This document shows positions 54,769-64,000 of a stretch of 64,000 nt of DNA, piece by piece; within the stretch, counting starts at the first letter, position 1, and every line of letters begins with the position of its first letter. Position numbers and translations under genes: made by a program. The notes beneath the pieces are model-generated. The model was given only the letters and a program-made list of their open reading frames with translations. It made no database searches and was not told the origin of the DNA. Source of the stretch: Epiperipatus broadwayi (lineage: Eukaryota > Animalia > Onychophora); the NCBI GenBank assembly GCA_028023455.1, contig JAQFVV010000008.1:5270001-5334000 (forward strand). The letters run 5' to 3'.

Positions 54769-56856
54769 GTATGTCAACTAAATAAGCTTTTGATTACTTA
54801 TTGCACTGAATGAAGCACTGTTTTTCCTTTTGTAATCATTAAAATTTAAATATATTAATTAATATATTTATTGTCTTGCAAGAATATAGATAGGATGAAA
54901 ATTAAAATACTGTACATTAATTGTATTTTAATTTTTTGATCAAAATATAATATTGAATACTATACCATGCGCAATGAATTAATTCTGTATTGTATATTTT
55001 TACATGAAGGTCATAACTTTTGATATAAAATCACTATTCTATGACATCATCAAGCTTATAACAAGGTCATCATTTTCAAAATAGCCACTAAAAAAAATCA
55101 TTTTTTTATGATCATTATAGTGAATAATAGGCTGTAAATCAAAACAGGAGATATAAATTGAAGATGATTGCTATGATGATTCCTTGCATAAAGATTTCAC
55201 ATTAAACAAGATATAGGTACATATTAAAATCATTAAAAAAAGAAAGCACTGGATTCCATAATCTTAATCTCAAAGCAGAACTCCTAAACGGAGCTCAATA
55301 ACTGAAATCAAAAAAATAAAAAAAATATTTGTATATTAATTCACACTTTTCTTCTTTTGCTGATGAAACTTTTACGATTGCTACTCAAAGATTGTCTAAG
55401 ATAGAATCTATAAAAGCTATTTTAATTTATAGATATTATGAACTTAAATTTAAACAGACTTTCTTTTATCTCCGGGCTTATCCTTTTATTAATTCATTTA
55501 TATCAAATTCTTACGTCATATTTTAATTAATTTATTCTATTTCAATATTTTATTCCAATGATAATCTCTTAAAATCATATGTTATTACATTTTATTGATT
55601 ACTAACAAATAGCACGTTAATTATATATAGTTTAGATAAAAAGAGTGAAAGCAAGTTATGGGAAGTAAACTCCATAGATTAAATTGTTATTTAAAATAAA
55701 GATTGAATTAAAATCAATAGTTTGACTGAGGCAGATCATTCTCATAACGATATAAATTGTTTCAAATAATATAAAACGTAAAGACTATACAAGTATAGAT
55801 ATCTCTGAAGGCTATTTAATTTTAAAATAGTTTAGTATGATCAATATTTAAATAATTCGTTTAAAGAAAAATAAAATGAGTTATTGAAGATTTGCTTGAG
55901 TTAACGCGGAAGGTGTTTTTGTATATATATAAAATAAAATAGGTTTGACTTTCTAGTCAACGCTTATGAAAATAAAATAAACAGTATATTAATGTAATTA
56001 ATTACATGTGTTTAGAAAATAGGTCTTAAAAATTTTATGCGTTATGTTTTATAATATATTTTGATGCATCACGTCATGAAGAGATCATTTCAGCACTTAT
56101 TTCTAGATTTTAAAGTATGTTTTAGCATAGTTAATTATTTGTGCAACGTCTTGGTTTGTATAGTACTAGTATCTATAAAGGATATATGCTATTAGGATAT
56201 TAATTTATATGATGATCGTTTGGCATGAAACTAAATACATAGGATATTCAGTACCAATGTAGTATATGCTTACATGTGATGAATATTAAAATACTTATGG
56301 AAATCTATCTTGTTGTCACCTTCTTGCTAAAGTTTAAATGTATATGCATGTATATCCCAAATTTGATTTATACATGTCTGCAAAGTGATTTATTACTGCA
56401 ACCATCGAAATTGTTAAGTCGTTATAAAGTTTGGATTACGACTGCCTTCGGATCTTATTAATAACCCTATATAATAACTAATGGCTGTCAAGTTAGTACT
56501 CATTGAGATATTTGATCAACACATTATATTATAGTTGTATTATTCAAGTTAACTAAGAGCACTGGTTTCGTAGATATGTATGACTTAGAAAATGGCCCAA
56601 ATGTCAATTAAATTGAATTTGATATATTCAGTAAATTTGTAATAAATCGATTTTATTTACTTAACAGGTTTTTATTACTTATTATATTAATATCATCTGC
56701 TGTTGGCAACCATATCTTGAAGGGATTTTTTTGATCCCTACAATCTAAAGGCATAAGATGAATTGGTGATGGTCATTTAAGGGTTTGTAGATGGTTAATT
56801 TAGTGGTGCTTTCTGATGGATGTTAATCATACTTGCAGATTTCTTCACCCATAATA

Positions 56857-57090
56857 TATATATATAAAATACATATTTTTCATCCTTAAAACTTTAATAT
56901 CAATATACTACTTACTTCACACAAGCCATCCACAGATTAACCGTCTTTCTACCTTTTATAACTCTGTGGATGGCTTGTGTGACCAAGTCGAAACGTCAGT
57001 ATATTGATATTAAAAGTTTTTAACACGGATGAACCCGCAAAATATGTATTTTATATATTTAACCCGTGCAAATCTTCGTTTTAACATATA
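56857..57090. mobile_element. Family G fold-back in a TA-repeat target; Penelope-like 3' terminus
   Basis: Deleted left arm 56857-56936, intact right arm 56961-57058. Tail AACCCGTGCAAATCTTCGTTTTAAC resembles, from memory, Penelope pLTR ends. CpGs retained. Confidence 0.85.
56961..57000 (+). ncRNA. Penelope-type minimal hammerhead with variant core CUGUGGA
   Basis: ACT-CTGTGGA-T-GGCTTG(TGTGAC)CAAGTC-GAAA-CGT-C-AGT. 3-bp stem I, 6-bp stem II, ACGT palindrome, GUC triplet. Confidence 0.7.
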
Positions 57091-59930
57091 TATATATATA
57101 CATACAATCAATGGAAAATGGAAAGACATATTGTTTATATATTAACAAATAAATTATTTAAATATGTTATACAGTAGCAAATTATTATATCAAATACAAT
57201 TAGATATTTTGGTTCTCTTTAGTTCATATATAGAAATATGTGAACATATTATTTAATGATAGTGATGATATAAATTGTCTTCAGGAGAGTCTGTGCTTAG
57301 AAATACTTATATCTATAATCCTGTTATCCAAGATAAAAATTATTTTCTCTCTTACCTCATTGTTCTTCTATATCACTTATAACTCTCTATTAATATACTT
57401 ATGATAATTATTCTGCTAACACTGATACATTCTAGTTTTCATTTTCATCTCTTTTAAATTAAATTAAGTTTTATTTCTTTTTATTATATTTCTCATCTTT
57501 GTTTAGAACTCTCACACAAAACATAATTTCTTTTTTTTTTTTTTTCAATTATAAATTTTTCTATCTCTATATAATGCACTCTATTCCACTTTTAAAAACA
57601 TTCTGTATTTCCAAAATAGATATTCCATAAACATTATCCCATATCATGATAAATGATTCTTTAACAATCTGCCTTGTGAATTATCTTAATATTATACATT
57701 CCCAAAATAGATGGTCCATAATCATTGTTCCATATCACCATTCTCTGAGAATCTAACTTGTGAGGTATTTGATCACACTTTTTCTGGAAATAGGTTTATT
57801 ATAAATGCATATACTTAGCCCACATTTTATCTCATTTTTTCTTTTTAATACCTAAAGTCCTAACTTTGCCACAAGCAATAATAAGCTCCTTCTAATGTTA
57901 ACCTTTATTCTTTCATTATTTCATATTTTTTATTCTTTTAAAAAGTATGGATTGATACTTAGATATCGTTTTTTAAACTGGATTATAGATTTTTATATAT
58001 ATCTAATTATATATAAAAATGGAGTAGAAGAAAAAAAATGATACTTAAAAAAATTATAACCTATTTCATAAAATAGTAATAATATGTCATTATATATAAA
58101 AAAAAAAATTCTATTATATATGTTAAATAAAATAAAAATATTTGAATGATTAATTTCCAGTGTAATCACATAACATTCAAGCACTAAATGTGTTACATTG
58201 AGCTTCCATCCAGGAATCTTTAGTCCTTGAATCTGTCAAACCATCACTATGCTAAATTTCATGAAGCATATAGGTTCTTATATACACACATTCCTTAAAG
58301 AGGATAAGAAAACATTTTATATTTAAAACAATATAGTAATTTGTTGTTTTATATCTTATTTAGGTATTATTTATTTGTTTATTTATATATAATTATAAAA
58401 TTATATTTTATTTCAATTCTAAAAATAAAAAAAATTCAAATACTAGCCAGAAAAATAAAATGTATATCATTAAACAGAAACAAGATTTATATTAGAAACA
58501 TATAATAATTAATTACACCTGGAGTTTATTAGCCAATATTTTGTATAATTAAACATATTGCTTTATTAATGAAACTGTTTGTTATTTTTTTAGTAAAAGT
58601 TATTCTGCATTTACAATATAGAACTACATTTAATAGTAGATAGTTTACTATTTCTTTTATTATTGTTATTATAGTGAATGCAAAATATATGAAAGTTTTA
58701 AAATGTTCTATTTATAAGTTTTATATATATATAACTGAATAATTTGTCTAATTTTATTTAACTACTTTAACTTTTTTAATGTTTATTTTGGTACTTATTC
58801 AATTTATAGACTTTCCTATTTTATTTGTATTTTTATAAGTGTTTGATAAATGTTTTATGTATATTGTGCATTTAGTTTAAAATAAATATTATAGATTCAG
58901 AACATTTGTAAAAATATTGAATAGCAGAATTTTTACATGATTGTGTAACAGGATTTGTTGCTGGACATAGAAATGTTTTCCCAAAAAGCATCAAAAATAA
59001 ACAGATGATCAATTTTTGTCGTAAATATGTACTGACATTATGAATATCAAAATTTTTCAATGGGGATAAAAATACTTATTATGTTTTTTGAAATATAAAT
59101 GATACTTTACAAATGTTTTAAAAAAATTTATATAGTAATCATGTAATAACTTGATTGTAATTTTCATCTCCTTGAAAATCATTCACAATATGTCTGGTGA
59201 TACAGTGTTCTTGGCAATATATTTACTAATGAAAAATGTACGATTAGTACCAAAGCATTATGGGATTAATATTGTCACTATGGTAGAAGAATTTACACAG
59301 GGTTGAAATATTCAGATCTAAAAAGTATTAAAGTTAATGATGTGAAGATTTTCTGTTAATCTTTTCTTTACAATGTGAGGCTGGAATCATAAGATAAATA
59401 TTAATGGATCAATTCATAACTCAAATGTTTTGTGAACTCTAGATTAAGTAGTCACAAATTAATATAATATATACAATTATGATTAAAAATCATTTTACAG
59501 TAACATATAAAAATGGATTAAAAATTGTGCCATATTTATAAATAATCATTCAAGAAATTCAGATCATTCTTGCATATATAAACAAATTAATTTTAAAAAG
59601 TAAGTAGAAATCATTCTCTAACTTGTGAAAGAGTGGTATAGCAAGGAATACTGACAAAATACACTGCTATCATTGATTATTATACATATCTCATGCAGCA
59701 TAATATAAGCTGTTCTATAGGATGTTCTCAAGTGGATAATTTTTTTCCTATTTTTAAAAGAGTAGTGTTAAGCTGTTTTAAAAGAAACACATTAAATGCA
59801 AAGTAAAGGAATGCATTGACAAAAAAAAGTTGAAATCTGATGGTTCAAATATCTTTTATTTTGCAATGATTAATTTTTGCATATAAATTGTTTTACTTAT
59901 GTGTGAATTACTATTATTTAAAATGATATA

Positions 59931-60360
59931 GTGTATAAATGTGTTTTACCAGTTTTTACCTATGGATCTGCGACTTGGACATTTAACAGAAGAGTAATAC
60001 AGAGACTTCAGATATGAAGAAATGCATGTTGGGAATAACAAGAAGATGTCAAAAACGCAATATATGGGTAAGAGAATAAACAGGTGTTACTGACTCCATT
60101 GAAAAAATTAAAAAACTGAAGTGTAGTTGGGCTTGACATATTGCTAGAAGAGATGAATGGACAAATCTTAAATTGTATTTCAATAGATTGTAAAAGACCC
60201 AGAAAGAGACACATGTGAGATGGATTGATAAAATAAGAAAATGTGCAGGGCTGATGAGGAGAAAAGAAGCTAAAGATCAAAAAATATGGATTGAACTTGG
60301 AGAGACCTTCATCCTGCAGTGTATTGATAATGGTTGATGAAGATGATGATAATGATGAGT
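59931..60360 (+). mobile_element. 5'-truncated RTE LINE 3' end with (GAT)n tail
   Basis: VYKCVLPVFTYGSATWTFN, IEKIKKLKCSWA*HIARRDEW, RWIDKIRKCAG, IELGETFILQCIDNG*, then GATGAAGATGATGATAATGATGA. This antisense content explains the 237-aa minus-strand ORF. Confidence 0.92.
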
Positions 60361-60706
60361 GTATAAAACTTTGTAACATTGTGATATTTGTATTGATGGA
60401 GGAATAAAAGGTTAAATACACAAGAGATTTATGTTTGAGTGCAAAAAATTCAAATTTAAAGATCAAATATTGATAAAATAAGAAAATTGCAGGGTGATGA
60501 GGAGAAGAGAAGCTAAAGATCAAAAAAGATGGATTGAACTTGGAGAGACCTTCATCCGGCAGTGTATTGATAATGGTTGATGATGATGATGATGAGTGTA
60601 TAAAACTTTGTAACATTGTGATATTTGTATTGATGGAGGAATAAAAGGTTGAACACACAAGAGATTTATGTTTGAGTGCAAAAAATTCAAGCTTAAAGAT
60701 CAAATA
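60224..60706 (+). repeat. Tandem duplication (~245 bp unit) of the RTE 3' end, tail and downstream flank
   Basis: Unit 1 60224-60468; unit 2 60469-60706. Confidence 0.92.
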
Positions 60707-63381
60707 GATCATATGATCCACAAAAATATTAGACTATCAATACTTGTGCAGACATCCAATGTTTGATCATGAAAAATATATATAGGAAGATAGGATGATC
60801 TGGAAATTTTGCACTGAGGAAATAAAATTTGAGACAAAGAGTGCCTGAAAATTTCAAAATTGACTATTACATTATCTTAATGCATCTTTTTTTATTGTTT
60901 CCAAAATAGCGTTACTGCACCAGATATTCTGTATTTTTTTTAGGAAAAAACTTATTTTCAAAAAGCCTTCTAGAAATAAAATAAAAAAATAAGGATTTTT
61001 TTTAAGATAGTGATAACTACATTTCATTTAATGTTAGATATATTTTCAAGTTATCCTTTTTCACCAATACATCTTTCATATCAATTCGATCATTTCATAG
61101 CTAACTATTAGCACTGAAAGTCAGACCATTCTCATTTTACATTTAATAAAATTTGAATATAATCAAAATACTTTTATATAGATGCATGGTAATCTTTATC
61201 TTTTAATATTTTACTTGTTTATGCTCGTATGCCCCAATCTTATTTATAATTAACATCTAACTTAGCACTAACAGATTATAAATTAATTATTTTAACTCTA
61301 TCATCATTCTTTGCCTGTGTACATAATGCAGCCATAACTTATGAACTATTATCGGCCATTTAATGTATTATTCAGTACATGAATTTACTAAATAATTTTT
61401 CTTTCAAACAGCTCTTATAAATAATAGTAAGAAAACTATTTAAATATTTCATTAAATTAAGTTGATATATATTTTAATATATAAAGCAAAATAGTCTTTA
61501 AAATGCTTTCTTGGTGGAAAGATAATTATTTTAACAATGTATTAAACTAATTATCGTTATTATAATGCAGAATTTAAATATGATATATATATCACAAAAT
61601 TCAATCACTTATTAACTTCCCTTAATGTTTGTTAATAAGCAGTTTTATTTTAAACAAAGAAAAAATATTAATGTTTAACCAAGAAAAAGATATAAAAATA
61701 ATTTCAAAAAGTATTTGTAAAACATCAAATCATTACTAGTTCAATTGCTAGTAAAAGTAAAGAAATTGTTTGTGACTGATAATAATTATAATAAAGGTAG
61801 TATTTTTCATGCAACTATTTGGAAATATATATCACACTTAAATAGTAAATTAAAAAACAAAGTAAAGCAATTTCATTTATTTGATTAACTGATATTTATT
61901 TTTGATTTACTCAGATGAGAATTGAATACAAAGATTAAGCTATTAGAATCCATCATCCTACAAATGAGCTAACTGCACAGGGCAGGCATTACCTAATGAT
62001 TAAGAACTAAAGAAGGTTATTGGATTGTTTGTTTTTACAATATTTGTATAAACATTATTTCATACTGTATCTAGAATAAATAAAAATCAAGTAATATATG
62101 TACACATATCTGTAAAAATCTTAAAATAGTTTAATTGAAAATACAGCTGCCAAAATGCAATGAGGTTTTTTTTTCTTTTTAACTTTCATGTCTGACTTGT
62201 TCGGATTGGCACAATGTCAAGTCTTTCTTTTAGTCAGAAAAGTTTACATTCATTTAAATTGCAAAGAAAAAAAAAAGATTAAACTATACAGATAATTGCC
62301 TTTTAAATTATTCTTATAAAAAAAAATGTTTATCTAGTTTTATTAATGGAGATTTAAAAAGATGGATCCTACAATTAGTAATCAATTATTTAGCTATTTC
62401 TCATTCTTAAACATTGTATAGAAAGAATTTAAAATTAAGTTTATCTATTACGGGCAGTTTACATACTGCATGTTTTTGTTTTGTTAAAGTGAAAACTTTA
62501 AAATATTTCATTATATGTATTGACGGCAAAAAAGTTTATTTTTATTTTTAAAAAAACATTTTCTTTTACTTTAAATGAGTATATTTATATATGTATGCAT
62601 GTTAAGTTTTCTAGTCATTAAGACAAATAGAGTAATTAAGAAATAGAATTTATCACCAGACAAAAACAGTTAATCATCTTCAGTGATTTACTGATTTCTA
62701 TCCTCTTATTACAATTTTGTTTATAGAGTCTCAATTCAACAAAAATTGGCAAATAGGTGCTTTGAACATGCCATCATCAGATTTTCAATGATATGGATGG
62801 CTAAAGACTTATCTCAAAATAAATCATACGCCATATTTTAACAAGATTTTTTAAAAAGAAAAATATATTATTTCTTTTAATAAAATAAGCATTTTTAAAA
62901 TAAGCATTTTATTTCAGCAGAATTTTGCTTTAACTCATATATATATATATACGCTTGACGTATATATATGTTTGATTAAAAGGTTTTACAAGTAATTTTT
63001 TTAAACAGCAATTTAATCTTAGAATAGAATTTATTTAAAATAAAATATTTAAATGCAAATACAAATTATATAAATGTAATTAATTTTAGCTTTAATGCAA
63101 AACCCTGCTGATATTGGACTATAAACTTAATTCAGGCCTACAATACTAATTAAGTTTATAAGAGGCTGTGAAGCATAGATCGGACTTCAGATCCATTGCT
63201 TCAGTATTAATTATATTAAAATTACAATTGTTCAAATAGGAATGGAGATTGAATCCTACTTTTAATAACTTCTTTAACAATAATCAGATAAGCTTGACTT
63301 AATGTATATAAATTGCTAACAATGTTGGCAAACAAAAGCTTATACAAAATCAAAAGCTAAAAGAATAGATGAATTCACTCA

Positions 63382-63768
63382 TTTCTTTATTTTTTAAACC
63401 ACTAAACATCACATGATCACCATCTCTATACTAGCATATAATTGTTGTAAACAAAGGCAAAACTCTCCATACAGTAGTGACACTCTGTGTCAAACAGAGT
63501 AATCAATGGATGCCAGAAGGCTTGTGCATAAAATCCCTATCTAGTGCCTACTCATCCAATATCTCCAGACTAGTTTCTGGCTTGTGGCCATCATCCAAGG
63601 CTTCTCACTTATGATGGCCACAAGCCAGAAACTAGTCTGGGGATATTGGATGAATAGGCACTAGATAGGGATTTTATGCACAAGCCTTCTGGCATCCATT
63701 GATTACTCTGTTTGGCACAGGGTGGCGCTACTGTATGGAGAGTTTTGCCTTTGTTTTCTTTATTTTTT
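63382..63768. mobile_element. Family A fold-back truncated inside the hammerhead
   Basis: 14-bp TSD TTTCTTTATTTTTT at 63382-63395 and 63755-63768. ~53-nt tail on the left. Arms 63449-63594 / 63611-63756. Both arms read GATGGCCACAAGCCAGAAACTAGTC. Confidence 0.93.
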
Positions 63769-64000
63769 TTGATGACATATGAATGTTATTTATTCAAACC
63801 TTAGAGAGGTGGGTGGGTTTAATTCCATTTTAATTTTATTTACATTTACAAACTGTATTTGATTACTACTATAGAAGTTGTTACAAGTACGATTTAGTAC
63901 TCATCCTTTATTTAAACAATTATAATTTCCAAATGATTAGTGCTGTTTTTAAAATCTAGCTAATATATAATTTCCACTCTGAATTTCTAGCAATGTCAAC

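Noticed and set aside
57570-57900. Minus-strand MDHLFWEC (and CKLCWG at ~33870) as LINE C-terminal zinc-knuckle relics
   Set aside because: Suggestive, but isolated short motifs without flanking support; needs blastx.
60251-60275. CTGATGAGGAG..GAAG as a hammerhead
   Set aside because: No stem II or GAAA; it is RTE coding sequence.
60008-60721. Longest ORF (237 aa, minus strand) as a gene
   Set aside because: It is the antisense of an RTE 3' end plus a tandem duplication; the internal protein repeat and poly-Ser come from the duplicated unit and the (GAT)n tail.

Overview
Very AT-rich, CpG-depleted animal (probably invertebrate) genomic DNA, almost entirely intronic or intergenic. None of the supplied ORFs is a complete gene. 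The best host-gene candidate is one minus-strand signal-peptide exon (40551-40702, possibly a matrix metalloproteinase). Ordinary TE relics: two mariners, one Tigger/pogo, several RTE LINE pieces, an L2/CR1-like 3' end, a decayed tRNA-Gly(TCC) and a ~730 bp (GATA)n array. The dominant signal is about 20 fold-back insertions from many unrelated sequence families (roughly 10 kb, by my hand count). Most share one architecture: a 11-15 bp target-site duplication, a 30-100 nt one-sided 3' tail, and two inverted arms joined head-to-head. Many arms carry minimal type I hammerhead ribozymes with palindromic stem III, and two families also carry tRNA-like Pol III boxes. This looks like a community of non-autonomous, retrozyme-like elements mobilised by Penelope-like elements. 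All alignments were done by eye, so boundaries are approximate unless a TSD fixes them.
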